This document shows, piece after piece, positions 33,701 through 47,000 of a stretch of DNA of 64,000 nt. The stretch covers positions 2,501,929 to 2,565,928 of the forward strand of contig OU015570.1 of assembly GCA_907165135.1 (NCBI GenBank), written 5' to 3'. Numbering within the stretch: position 1 is the first letter of the stretch; every line of letters starts with the position of its first letter. Position numbers and translations under genes: made by a program. The notes under the pieces were generated by a model. The model was not told the origin of the DNA. It saw only the letters and a program-made list of their open reading frames with translations, and made no database searches. This stretch comes from Oikopleura dioica. Lineage: Eukaryota > Animalia > Chordata.

Positions 33701-36700
33701 AGGGCTTCAAAAATAAGAGAAACCAATTTTTTGGCTGCGTTCGCCGCGCAATGCACTATCGCGCCGCCACCAAGACTCCATCAACAGGACATTTGAAAGC
33801 CTTCTAGCTTCTTCCCGGTTTTCAAACTTTAACAGACTCTAGAAAAATGTCTGTTCTTTGACATATCTCAAAATCAGACATTCAGAAGGTCGGTTAGACA
33901 CATAGAGAGCAGGTTTTCTGTAGATTTTCGAGGAAACTACGCTTTTTTGATGAAAATTTAGGTTTTTGAGGTCAATTTATGAACAAGCGTCATCTTTTTT
34001 CATATATTCAGAGGTTTTTCACTGAAATTCTTTCAAGTTACGCGAAATAGATTGCCATCATTTTGGGCAAGAAGCGCCTCGCCTAGCGCCGCCTTCCCGA
34101 TACAAACCCTAGCTATGAGACTATCCATTCGAAATTTTTCACATCAAATTTTAACACAAGAAACAAAGTTTACTAGTGTTTAAAAGATTATCTTCTTAAA
34201 ACTAGCAAAAAAAACATTAACTTACATTTAATCGACCGGGGCTCAAAAAGAGTTTTTTTCGAACTGTGTTCAGATTTTTCGTACGCCCTGTGGAAAATTT
34301 TTTAGAATTTTTTGAAAATCGCGATTTATGTGAATTAAAGTAGTAATTCTTTGACGTTTGTAAATATCAAAATTTTTGGCTACGCCAAATATAAAGCCTT
34401 GATTGACAAGTTATTTCCGATTTCGGCCGAGTTTGGCCTTTTATTGCCGGAGGACCTTCCGGAGGACCCCTGACTGGAAGACAAACTACAGGAGGACCAA
34501 TATCAGAAAAAAACAGAAAATTGCCTTGCCTGGCCACATATTGCCACATTTTTCCAACTACAGTCAGTTTCTGCCGGAGGACCCCCAGGAGGACCCCCTT
34601 ACTAGAAGACGGATTGGGCATGCTGTTTTCGATATCACTCGATCGGACTGCGATATTTTCAAGGGTTAGTGCCGATTTCTCTCGCATTAGCAGTTCGCGG
34701 ATTTTCGGATCTGGAGCTTCAGCAAATCGCTCAATAATCAGCAATTTGTCGTTTTCGCCGAGATTTTTCTGACCATAGGCTTGTTTGAAGAGGCTTATCA
34801 ATTTGCTTAGGCACATCCCGAAGCTGTCTGAGCCACGATTGTAGGACTTGAACTCACTCTTGTAGAAGTCCGCTGTTTTTCCTAGCATTGTGAAAAGTTC
34901 TTCTTTAAACTTTGCCCAGTCGTTCAGTTCTTCTTCTTCCTCCAAGCTCTCGATTATGTGACTTCTTTCTGACTCATTCAGTAAGGTAGTAAGCGCCACT
35001 ATAATTATCTCGTTGTCTTGCAATTTTGAGCAGCGAGCGTATATTTCGAGGTTTTTCAGCCAGGAAGCGATAGGGTATGGCCCATACCGTATGGGGACTA
35101 AACTCTAGCGAGCAAATACTTTCAAAATAACTACTGTTCAATCTTTGAAAAGTGTAACTCTGCTGTGCCTTATCTCCAGAGCTCCAGAGCTTAATCGCTC
35201 GCCTTCTTCTCAATCTGAAATAAAACTACACACTCGCCTAAAAACTCTCGTCTGAAAATCACCCCCGAAAATACAACTAGAGATTTGAATAGAGAGTGAC
35301 TGTCAAAGTCAGAGAGAGCAACCGTGATAGATTGTAGTCTTTAATCTTTAGCTCGAGCCAGTATAGTCCCACTATATTGGTGACTGATCGCTGAATCAAA
35401 ACGGACGAGCGTGAGTGTCACAGCACAAAAAGAAACAAGCAAAGGTAAATTTGCGAAATAACAGGGAGATGGGGAAAGGAATAAATCTCATCGACCTCAA
35501 AATAAGTCTTTCGACAACAAAGGCTAAGCTCACCGATTGGGCAGATATTTAAGACAGGGAAATTCTTACTGGTTCCCCCTCTAAGGAGGACATACTTGCT
35601 AGATTTACGGAAAGGGGAAACGCTATTTCATTCGTTTTATGCTACAAGGGTAATAAAGTTTTTATTTCTCCCGCTTAAATAATAAAGCTAGATGCCAACC
35701 TCTATTTGAGCCTAACTTCAACCGACAACTTTTTCGCTAAAGTAAAAAAGAATCCTATGGACATGTTGATAAGCTATGGGATGCCCGAGTGTACGGAGAC
35801 GTTCGTGAAAAGCGCATTTTTTCTGGGACTCCCGGAGTCAAAGGCCAAAAGCGGGATGAAAGCCATAGCAACAAATGAGGAAGCAGAGCCAATTTCGAAA
35901 TTTTACATTTGCGATTTAGTTCAAACGACAGTAGCTCAAGGAATGCCAGGGTACACTTCACCAGGCCCAGCGATAACTAATCAGTCCTTCATACCTGGCA
36001 ACCCAATTACCGTAACTTCAAGTTTACCTTCTGAGCCCCAAGTTTCTCACGCGTCATACCCACCAAGGTCAAGGCGAGTGAAATGTGAATTTGACACGCC
36101 AAGGCCGGATTATCAGCAGGGCCAACAAAGGTCTGAGCAATCATCAAACTTTTCGGAGATACCTGATCCAGAGAGAATATTCTCACCAAGACCAACTCCA
36201 ACAGTAGAAATATACAATCTTTCGCGAAACGAAAAACCATTTTCGAAAATAAAATTACAGTCATTTCTCACGTTTGTTAACAGGCAAAAGCGCCCCCTGT
36301 TAAGAAACATGAGTTTTCCAAAATAGATAGGCGCTCGCTAAGCCCGCGCGACCAGCTCGGAGGAAAATCACTTTTCATTGACTTAGCCTGCTTTTGAAAG
36401 GATAAATTAAGGATAATTTTCACTAATAATTTTAATTTATTTACAAAACTAGTACTCAACATGAAAATTATAAAAACAGGGGCTGCCAACTTAGCAAGCT
36501 GTTTGAGTGAAAGCTTAGGATTCTCTCTTTTAAAGCAAGAAGTTCTTGTTTTTTAAATGGGAAGCTTCTTTCTCTTTGGTGCAAGTTGTCGGTAAAGTGA
36601 ATCTGGTATTTTCCCTGCAAGTTGGGTGAGGATTTTTGGCCTTCTTCCGACCATTTTTTGTAAAATGACAAGAGAAACTTCCATTCCTTCCATTTTATGA

Positions 36701-37469
36701 AGAAAAATTAAGCTTGCTAATACCTTGACCTAATAATTTCGTTCAAACCTTCCGCGTCCCGGTATAGAAAGCGGAGCTTCGCGCCCCTGTTAAGAAACTT
36801 GAGTTTTCCAAAAATAGATAGAGCGCGCCGTGTTAAGAAACATGAGTGAGAATGGGTGTTAACAAACTTGAGTAATGACTGTACACCCATATGATGAATC
36901 ACAAGACCTCAGTCGGTGGCTAGACAGTAGCATGACCTTGCTTAAATACCTAGGAGTGTTCAATCTAGATCGAGTCATCGGTTGTCTTTTGGGTGAACTC
37001 AACCCTCAGCTTCAAGCGAAGGCCATAGAGGAACTGGCTAACCATCCGAAAGTTAAAACTTTTGCTGAATTTAAAAATATCTTATTGGGCACTTTTGCGA
37101 TTTCCGAAAGCGAGAAGGAAAGACAAATTGAGCGTTTAAATTACAGCCCTGATCAAGCTGTCAGAACGTTTTTCTTTTCGCTTCGAGGGCTAGTTGAAAA
37201 CCTTCTAGGAGCTGATACTGAAGCAAAGGTACTAGATAAAATAACACTTTCCTACCTTAAAAAGAAATTGCCCGCATGTGTGCACAAAAAGAAGAAGCTG
37301 AAAAAGCTAGAAACGGAACGCAACACAAGGAATCCACAAAGCAGCGTAAAGAGCAGACATTGTGTAAGCGCTCCCTCCAAAGAGGCCACACAAGTCCCGA
37401 GTGCCGAACAAAACTGTAAGAACTTCTATTTTCAATTTACTAACGAATGTTGCCGATAATAACTATAAA

Positions 37470-40190
37470 TCTAATACACTATGATTTGCACAATGATCAA
37501 ATGGTTTCGATGACACTTAATAACTGTTTATTAGACAGCGGAGCTAGCTGTAATTTTGTAAATAAGTCTGTTTAAAACGAGCATTTTCAACCACAACTGA
37601 AACAAAAAGCTTACGTTGTTAACAATGCAATTCAATCTAACCTCACTAATGTCACTGAAGAATTAATTTGTAATCTAAAAATTGAAAATAAGGAATATAT
37701 TATTTGTACATTTTACGTGATCCAGGAAATGACTTATGATTGTATATTAGGCTTCAAATTTTTGAAGGATCATAAAATCAATTTTGATGAGGAACCTAGA
37801 TTTCTTAATGTTTTACCGGCCGGGAATGATCCACTCGAAGTGGAGGCGGACGCTGGTCCTGAAAATTGCAAGGGTTTCGCACTTTTGCTGAAAGAAGCTA
37901 CGTTTATCGAGCCGTTGAGTTCGATGTGGGTACCCTGTGAGGCGAAAAATGTTGCATCGGAAATGGTGGAAAGCAAGGTTAAGATTGTGGCACCACCGGA
38001 GTTAAGGCAATACGGCCTTGACATAGAGGAGGAGTTTAAAGTGAAATGGCGCCGAATTCGCTTGACAAACAAATCCTCTGAAAACATTTTTCTGAACGAA
38101 GGTGTGACTTTAGGGGTTGAAAGTGAAAAAAGTCCAGCGAATGAAAAAATCGAATTTCTCAACTCCCTCATAAAAAATCAACTTTCACAGATGGAACAAG
38201 ACGTTGTTCTATCCGAGTTGAAAGCTTGGAGGAAACTGAGAAATAATCTGGTCAACCAAGTGCCAATTGACGATCAGATAAAAAACGCGATAAAAAAAGT
38301 TGCCGACTATCTACAGGCGGATGTTTTGCTTGTTTTGAATAAGCACAGTTGGATCTTTGCGCGGTCAGCAAATGACGCAGGGCTCAACAGCTTTTTCACA
38401 GTCGTGCTAGATTTAAAGGACAATGCTCAACCCTCCTACTCAAACCAGTACAAAATAGATCAATCAATGATCACTAGAAGTACCGAACTCATGCGGAACT
38501 TAAAACAGAATTTTATTGTAGAGCCATGTATCAGCGCCTGGAATTCTCCGGCAATTTTTCCTCGTTAATAATTATAGCAGTAAAGGAGAAAGGTCGGTTA
38601 ATAATACAGGATATTTTCTTCATTTTATAGGGTTTTTGTGGGACATATTTGCAAGGATAATGTTCCACTTTTGTTGACATTTGTCCAGCCAAGAAAATTT
38701 GTGAGGAATAAACAGGGTGTTTTTTCAAAAATAAGGATGTTTTTTATGAAAAATTAATGGCCTAAACCGTGTTATTGACTAAAAATATAAAAAAGGCAGA
38801 AAAAAATCGTTTTGATGATAAAATTTTCCATTTTTGGAAGAAAAATTTATCGAAGAAAAAATTTTAAGGCTCAACGGCGGGACATTTTCTTGAAGACTCT
38901 TGCCCACTTTTGTGGACATTTTTATGAAAAGTTGGGACAAAAAATGTCCACAAAAGAGGAAAATAACTGTAGCTTACTTCCGGTCGAATTCCCTTTAGCT
39001 ACAATTAGAACGATAATGTCTCAAATCAGTTACGCAATTTCACGTTTTCGAGAAGAATTTCCTGATGAAAGCATTCGATTCTCAACAATTGATTTGAAAA
39101 ATGCTTATTTTTGCTTGCGGGTACACTCAAAAGATCGAGATGTTACAGCCTTTAGTTTTAACGCAGAGCAAGTAAGATACAAACGGCTCAGCATGGGGTT
39201 GGCAGTAAGTCCAGGAATTTTCTGTTTCTTTATTAGTTCTCTAGTAAAGAATTTACCAAATAATAATAAAATATACGAGATAGTTCCGTATATGGACGAT
39301 TTTCTGCTTATTTACCCGGAAAAATTCTTACCAAAAAAACTGGAAGTCTTAGAGAGGTTGGAGGAAAATGGTGTTGTTGTCGGTTTGAATAAGTGCGCTC
39401 TAAACGAAAAATCTGTCCGCTTTCTTGGCTACGTCGTGGATGAAAAAGCAGTACCACCGGATCCAAACAAGCTCAAAGCCCTTGTGGAAAATTTTCAATA
39501 TCCAGAGACACTTAAATCTGCGCAAAAGGTGTTAGGAAGATTGAATATTTATTCACGCTCGATAAGAGACCTGTAAGTAAACCTTGGTCCTTTGAAAGCA
39601 GAAATAAGCAAGGGCAAAAATATGCTCTGAACGACGAGATAAAAAGGGGCTTAGATAGAATTAAAGCTCAACTCGAGAATGGCCATCTCAAACTGAGTCA
39701 CTTAAAATTCTTCGATGGATCTGATCACCGGTTCATTTTCGTAGCCGCGGACACGTCAGGAGTTGCCACGGGCGGGATCATCGGAAATTGCCATTACAAA
39801 GATAATGTTAATTCAAATGTCACTATTGCGGCATACACGAGTAGGCCCCTCGACAAAGTTGATAAATTGTTTTAAGCCGATGCCGTGAACTTATCGGATT
39901 GACTTCGGCAATCAAGGCATTTTCCGATCTCATTACGAAAGACCGACCAATCTGCCTTTTTGTCGACCATAAAAGCCTGGCAACGATGTCTGAAATGCCT
40001 GAAGCGGACAAATATCGGCATACACGAACAAAACTCGCATTCTCAATTTTGATGGAATTTCCAAATGCGAAAATATTTTACTTGTCCAATCAGCACGAGA
40101 TAATCCAAGTGGTGGACGCATTAAGTCGTCCTGAAGCTCTTGAGGTAGAAATTTTACCCAAAAAGTTCTACAACCCTAAAGAGTTCTACA
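37470..40190 (+). pseudogene. pol: Element B pol copy 2: PR, RT (YMDD at 39289-39300), RNase H
   Basis: YMDD, FLGYVV, FVAADTSGVATGG, RELIG, LFVDHKSL, VVDALSR. Confidence 0.9.
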
Positions 40191-40196
40191 ACCCGA

Positions 40197-40720
40197 GAGC
40201 GCATTTCTGACCACTGTGTCCCATCAAGCATCTCCAATGTACGTAAACATTTCGAATCCTGCCCCCAGTTTCTTAATGTTTATCAGTCCCAGATAGCTGA
40301 GCCAAACAGCTCTAACCCACGGATTTTTACTCAATTCGCTAGATCCCGCTTCAAAATCGTCTCCTCAAACTTGAAGCATTATCGACAGAGAACCCTCGTG
40401 GAATCTTTTATGATAAAGCTTAACTAACCTAAACTCAATGATCAAGTCAAGTTTGCCAAGACGATTTTCCTTTAGAATTCCGAGCATTTAATAGTTGAGT
40501 TTTGGCGCTCGGAATTCTTTCTCCAAAACTCAACTATTCTCTAGATTACTTATTTCGCCGGTCTTTTTCTCTTTTCTCTCTTTAGAAACTTCGCTTTCTC
40601 CTGAGAGTAAGTCTGACTTTTTCAAACTTTGATTAACTGTCTAATAGTGCCTGACTGATGAAGAAGCTTGAACTCCGAAAGATCTATCAATAAAAACATC
40701 CAGAAAACTTATCAAAACCG
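40197..40720 (+). mobile_element. 5'-truncated second Penelope-like element (GIY-YIG C-terminus plus 3' UTR) inside element B pol
   Basis: ERISDH..RSRFKIV..RTLVESFMIK..PKLNDQ parallels the PLE-1 C-terminus; followed by a hammerhead-like core and AATAAA. Confidence 0.75.
40650..40695 (+). ncRNA. Degenerate hammerhead ribozyme motif
   Basis: CUGAUGA-AGAAGcuugaaCUCC-GAAA-GAUCUA; one mismatch in stem II, stem I only 3 bp. Confidence 0.45.
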
Positions 40721-41074
40721 TCAATCCCACAGATAAGTGAGGAATTGATAAATTCTTATCATGTTGTTACTGGACATTCGGGGCGAAAAGTTCTTGAGGA
40801 CCGAATGAAACGGGAACCTTTATGGATTAACAACAGAAGCGGATTAATAACGCAATCAGTGCGGAGTTGCCTTCTCTGCCTAATACGATGTCCTGAAAAA
40901 TTCGTTAGCCCCCAACCCAGTGGGTATAAACGCATCATTCCGAGTCTAGCTCCATAAAGACATGTCGGAATTGACTGCGTTGATGTAAGAGTCGATGATC
41001 GAACGGCGTTTTTCCTTACAGCAACCAACCATTTCAGCCTGAAATTACACGTGGAACGCATCAAAAGTAAGGCT

Positions 41075-41569
41075 CAGGGCTGGATATTTTGAAATCAGCA
41101 AAAATTTCAAATCAATATTTGTTTGAAATCTCATTACTATCTCGAAATTTTGCACCATCTCAACAAATCTCAAATCTCAAATTATTGCAACAGCCTCGTC
41201 ATAATTTTTTCTATTCTTGAGATTGCTGAAATTTCAAGATCTCAAATCTCAAAATTTTGCAAACCGCGCACGGGCCGCGGATAAACTCTGCGCGCTTAGA
41301 GCAAGACATGTGATTGGTTCAGATGGATCTGAAATGCTTGAAATCTCAGAATCTCAAATCTCATTTCATTGCAACGCATGTATCCAACTCGCGCCATTTT
41401 GTGAGATAATTGAGATCTCAGCATTTCAAATGTCATTTTGTTGCAAAATTGAAAATTGAGATCTCAGACAGAAAATTAACTGAGATCTCATTTTTGAAAT
41501 GGTTGAGATGATGATTCATGTTTTTTTCGGGGTTTGAGATTTTTGTTGATTTCAAAATATCCAGCCCTG
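41075..41569. mobile_element. hAT-type MITE
   Basis: TIR CAGGGCTGGATATTTTGAAATC; 8-bp TSD GTAAGGCT. Confidence 0.92.
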
Positions 41570-42783
41570 GTAAGGCTGTTGAGCACATGGTCCCAGCGTT
41601 GCTTTTTTTCTGCACGGAACATAGCATTTGCTCGTGGGGTCAACTCACGAGCGATAACGGTGATGCGTCTGTAGAAAAGCAAAGAGAAAATTGAATATTT
41701 CGATTGGTTTTATTGTGAAATTGAATAATTTTGTCTTGGCAGAGTCGCTTATAAAGGGTCAGAAATGTGTCAAGCGTAAAATCAGCTGGGTAAAGTGGGT
41801 CAGTTGGTCAATGATTCAAATCAGCGGGTCGTCACTCCCACGAGTAGAATCAGGTCAGCGCGTAGATAAAAGAATAAGAAAGGTGTGCTGCAAAAGGCGT
41901 AAAATTCATGTATAAAATATTTACAAAATAAAAAGTTTTTCTACAGTCGTGTCAGCCATCAGTCATCGGCGGGTTTTGAAATCGTTTGAAATGCATTAAA
42001 GAAAAAATTTTTTTTCTAGAATGCCGATGAAGTGAGTCATTGTCAAGAGGCTGTTCATGGCGAATCGTGTCAGGCCCTTCAAGTTCTGTCGTTGGCGGCC
42101 TTGGCGAAGTCGATCGGTCGAGTAGTCTTACTTTTATGGGGATTGTTATTTTCTTTCTTCGTTTTCGAGTGAGAAGCGGATGAATTTTCGAAAATTATGT
42201 CCGGACAATTTTTTCGAAATCGGAAAATCTTCTAGAACAATGATAAATCATCGCAACAGATTGGTTAATAGCTCAAACTGTTCCTCGTGACGACGTCTCG
42301 CGTGTCCCATTTGCAGAAATTGGTACCTATTGTTGGTTATCGTTTTATCGTCGGTAGAAGTTTGAGATTTTCGCCGAATTATGAAAGTTGAATTTCGGAA
42401 TATTCGCCAGTTTCTAGAACATGAGTGAGTCATCGAGGTATTCCGGCAGACTGTTTGAATGAAGAAGCATTTTTCGAGGATTCATTTGAGCATTTCAGAT
42501 TGTCCAGACGACCTCTGGGGACGATTTTCTGCGGTTTGCAAAATAGTGTATATCAATATACACTTATTCTGAGGGCGTTGTGATCACAAGAAGATTTTTT
42601 CTCCATTTTTGTTCTAGAATCACCGGGTATGACGCAATCATGCTCCAAAAAAGCTCAAAATGATGGCCGCTGCGAGATCTATCTTTTGATGGCTTGAAGA
42701 AGTCGATCGGTGAAATGGTTTTCGTTTTATGGTGAAGTATTGTTTTTCATACTAGAGGTTATTCTTGAAAAGGTCGGGTTAGG

Positions 42784-45700
42784 CTATGTAAAATGAGCTG
42801 GATCGATGACTAAGTTTCCGCTTGCTGTCGTTTTCATAAACGGATATTTCTTTTTGGCTTTTTTCGTAATCTCCTCGGTTATTGCTGTCTTTGTCTTCCC
42901 GGTGATGTCAATTGCCAGACCCATATGTTTCGCGAGGACTTTCATCTCAACAATTGTAAAATTGCTCAGGTAGCACTTTTTCTCAAGCATAAGTGCATTG
43001 TGTCTGACCAAGTAGAATCCCTCGGCGTCTTTTTCCCAGCCAGGATGGTGAGCTTGTATCCATTCGTTTATTTTTTCAATCTTCTTTGCTTTCGAATTTT
43101 TCAATGTCGCCCATGTCCCAAGTTTTACTCCACAATTGTATTCCTTAATAAATTTGTCGAGGGCTCTTTCGTGAAGGTCGGCCATTCGTTGTACGACAGG
43201 GGAAACAAGCTTTCGTGGTTCTGCTTTTGGCTCCTGATTGTTCGTTAATTCGGCAACTTCTGCTGACTGGCTGTCGATTGAACTGCTATCTTCCTGTTGG
43301 GCACTTGATGTGTCCAGATCGTAGAAAACAGTCTCGTCTGCAGGCTCCGTTTCGTCTGAAATTATTGGTTCTACTTGCTGTTCTCCCGGCGCTTGCTCTT
43401 TTTCTTTCTCCAGAGCGTTTTCAGGTCTCGCGTCATTTCTTTCCATTTGATCCAAGGCAGACTGGCTTCTCGTCTGGATAAAGTAGGAAGTTCTCCTGTT
43501 GAATTTCCTCGGCTTGGGTTTAGCGTCGTTCGCCTGTTGCTGTTGTTCTTCTTGTTTTTCATCCTCAGGTTGGTCATCTTCAGGCCTGCTGATGAAAGGC
43601 TTTAGATGGCTGATGTGCCTTGTCATGTCGCGTCCTGTTTGCGGATTGACTAGGTCGAAACTGAGTCCCTGGTTCTTGATAGCAGTTATCTTCAAAGGTC
43701 CGGACCATTTGAAGATTTTTTCAAGTGGGTCAATGTTCTTGCAGAGGACAAGGTCGTTAATCTGAAACTCATAAATTTTTTCGTCTGAAGATCGTCGTTT
43801 ATCATGATTAGCTTGAATCTTCTCTCGAATTGACTCAAAATTGACGGTGTTTTTGTCTGCTTCTGGCGGTACTTGTCATTCAAATTTTCTCTCTTGAAAC
43901 CAGTTTCGATTTCGAACGGAGAGGCCATCGTTACGAAGTGCTGTGCTGAATTCATCTGATGAATGACCGTTGGTAACCAGGCGTCCCAGTTCTCCGTGCC
44001 ACAGGCAAGTTTTAGTCGAGATTTGATTGTACGGTTCCTATTTTCAACTTCACCGTTTGTTTGCGGGTGGTACGCCGGCGAAAGTCGAACTCGGAGTCCT
44101 TTTTCTTCTGCAAATTCTCTGACTGCTTTGAACTCTCCTCCATTATCCATGAGGATCTCTCTCGGTAAGTGAGGATTACGGAGCCATTCTGATCGGAGCC
44201 TATCGAGGACTTCTTCTGGTTTCTTTGACCGAAATGCAGAGGCATTCGTTTTTTCGCTAAAGAGGTCGGTGGATACACATATTAATCTTTTGTAGTTGTC
44301 GATTATCTGTAGGGGTCCAATTAGGTCTATCGAATATTTCTCAAATGGCTGGAATGGTGCGGTCACATGTCCAAGTGGAGCATTGAGTGGATTTGTTGTC
44401 GGCTTCATCAGCTGGCATTTTCGACACGATCGAATGTAGTTGGTCACAGTTGCTTTCAAGTTTGGATAGAAATACTTCTCCTCGATACTCTTGAGTGTTT
44501 GAGTGATCCCAGGGTGGCCCGATCTGTCGTGATACTCCTCCATTATTTCTCAGTGGATTGAAACGGGTGGAATTGCTTTGAATCCGTTTTTATCTATGCC
44601 GAGCTCTCCACTATCTCCGAAGCAAAGAAGGCTCCGGTGTCGCTTAAGTTCTTTGGTGTCTGAGTCCGTGTCCCTTGGCCAGCGATCTGTCTTCTGAAAC
44701 TTGATCACATCTCGAAGAATTTCGTCTGATTCTTGAAGGAAGAGAAAGTCGCGGGGTTTCACCATATTGATCGTTGGTTTCTGAAGCTCATTGATTTGGC
44801 GAGAAAGACAATCGGAGATTTTCATTTCCTTTGACGGTTTCATTATCGTTTCGAAGTCAAATTCGCTTATTTCAGCAAGCCATTTGGCAATTTTTAGCTT
44901 TCGGCTCATTATTTTGTGCGCCCAATTAACGCACGAATTATCAGTGAACCAGATAAACTTTCGACCGAGAAGATAGTGACTCCACTTTTCCATTGCTCGC
45001 TTGCCGGCCAAGAGCTCTTTCTCGCTGATCGTATAGTTCCGCTGTGCGTCATCGAATTTTCGCGATAGGTAGGCAACTGGGCAGAATCTGTCGTTTTTCG
45101 TTTTTGTAGAGGAGAACTGCTCCTATACCCGTTTCGCTGGCGTCTTTCTCGATTGCGAATTCGCCAACATTTGGGTTAGGGATTTTAAGAGCGTCGACAA
45201 TGTTGCAAATTTCGCTTTTGATTTCTTCCAGTGCTTTTCCCGCTTCTTCGGTCCATTTGAATCCCTTGCTCATGGCCTTATTGATTGGCGCAGCCTTTGA
45301 CGCAAAGTGAGGAATGAAGTTTCGATGGTAGTTGAGCAGTCCAAAGATGCTCGCGGCTTCTGTTTTCGTAGATGGCTGACGTAGTTCACGAACGGCTTTT
45401 GTTTTTGCTGGGTTCGGGAATCTGAATCCATTTTCGATAATTGCACCACAGAACTTGATTCGTCGTTTCAGGAACTCCGTCTTAGCGGCTCTTATCTTAA
45501 GGTTGTTCTGACGGAGGATTGACAAGTTCTTTTCGAAGGATTGCGAATGAAGACATAAATCATCCAAAAAGATTGCAAGTTCGCTGCTTGGGATGTCGGT
45601 GAATATCTTGTCCATCATTCTTTGAAATACCGCTGGCGCATTTTTTCCACCCATTGGCATGGCCGTCCAGGTAAACTGACCAAAATCTTTTGTTATGGCC

Positions 45701-47000
45701 ACTTTTTGCTTCGTATCGGCAGTACAAGGAATCTGGTGAAAGCCAGTGAAGAGGTCTGCCGTTGAAAATACCGTTGATTTGGACATTTGGTCGATGAGTC
45801 CGTCGATTTCGGGTAATGGATACTACCATGAAGTTTAACTCTTAGTGGAGCGACTCTCAGGGCCAGGGTCGCTTAGATTCTCCTATCTCCACTTAGAGCT
45901 CAACTCCAATGTAGTTTGCTATAGTCACCTGGTTTAGTTTTCTGTAGTCACAAACTAAGCGCCATTTTCCGTTTGGTTTTTGACGAGCAGCACAGGAGCA
46001 GCCCAAGGGCTAGAAAACGGCTCCAATAGTCCAGATGACAGATTCGCTTCGATTATGCGCCTCATTTCCTTCCGAAGAAAGTACGGAGTTCGGTAGCGTT
46101 GGGAAGCAACGGGAGCGGCGCTACCTGTGTCGATACTGTAGGACATCGCATCTGTGGTGCCGAGTTTTTCATCTTCTACGGCAAACCTATCTGTGTAGTT
46201 GAAGATAATTCCATCAAGTTTCCTTCTTATTCTTGGTGGGGCTTCGCCAATTGAGAGCTCTTTCATAATTTGTTCGAATTATCCTTCCTTTGGCGCATCA
46301 GGTAATCTTACTTCAACCTCATTAATTCTGCAGACGACTTCATTCTTGTTTATGTCGATCGGAAGAGCTGTATTGTTGGCAACATGAATTTTTGCTTGGT
46401 TTTGGAGGCTGCTTAATTGAATACACTGGTCGTAATTTTCGAAGGTTTTATTTTTGTTGACTAGTTCGGGAAGGGCACAGATAAAGCTTGTTGATGATTC
46501 GGAAAGGTAGACGTTGATGAAAGTTGATGATCGTGGTTGAATTGTGATTTGAGAGGTTGATTTCGCGGTGGATGAAAAGAACTGGGATTTTGATATCGCT
46601 TTGATGCCAGCTGCTGGACTCTTGCAGATAATGATTGGCTCTGTCGTGCAGCCTTGGCGAAGACAACTGGATCGTAGGTCTATAAGGAGATTGTTTTCGG
46701 AGAGTTCTGGAGTTCCAAGAATCGGCGAGCAGTGGTCTCCTACAACTTGAAATATACAATTTTTAAGCATAAGCTGTCCGATTTCTATTGTGGCGGAAAG
46801 GCAGCCGTATACTTGAATTTCGTTTCCATTATACGACTGGAGCTGTAAAGACGAGGGGATGATCGATTTGTACATTGATGGCGGGATTAGAGAACGAGGG
46901 ATACAGGACACCTGAGCGCCGGTATCTAACTAAAAAAGTGTTTGCTGACCGTAGATTCTTGCTATTGTAAGTAATTTTGGTCCGACTCGATCCATGATTG
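42784..47000 (-). pseudogene. pol: Element C pol (PR ~46930, RT 46266-45049, RH 45050-44550, IN 44543-42784)
   Basis: LDTGAQVSC; SPWAAPVLLV; DYRKLN; FLDD; DASETGIG; HDRSGHPG..CRKC; DLIGPL, MDNGGEF, NGEVENRNR. Confidence 0.93.
45826..45911. repeat. ~85-bp hairpin insertion in element C RT
   Basis: Imperfect inverted repeat between ..VTIAN and YPLPEID. Confidence 0.6.

Larger units (their letters stand above)
23481..39299. repeat. Complex tandem duplication: 23481-30728 repeated at 32059-39299, with 24281-25612 repeated at 30728-32060
   Basis: Near-identical copies differing mainly in homopolymer length; 1-2 bp microhomology at the junctions. Confidence 0.92.

Noticed and set aside
4400-47000. 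Alternative genetic code (TAA/TAG = Gln), suggested by many in-frame TAR stops such as F*LDTGA, DL*VNL and DK*RQ
   Set aside because: Several stops fall inside canonical short introns. Long ORFs (429-aa integrase, env, element C pol) use CAA/CAG with no TAR. The OPLAH stop sits where Tyr/His is expected, and TGA stops also occur. Ordinary decay and splicing suffice.
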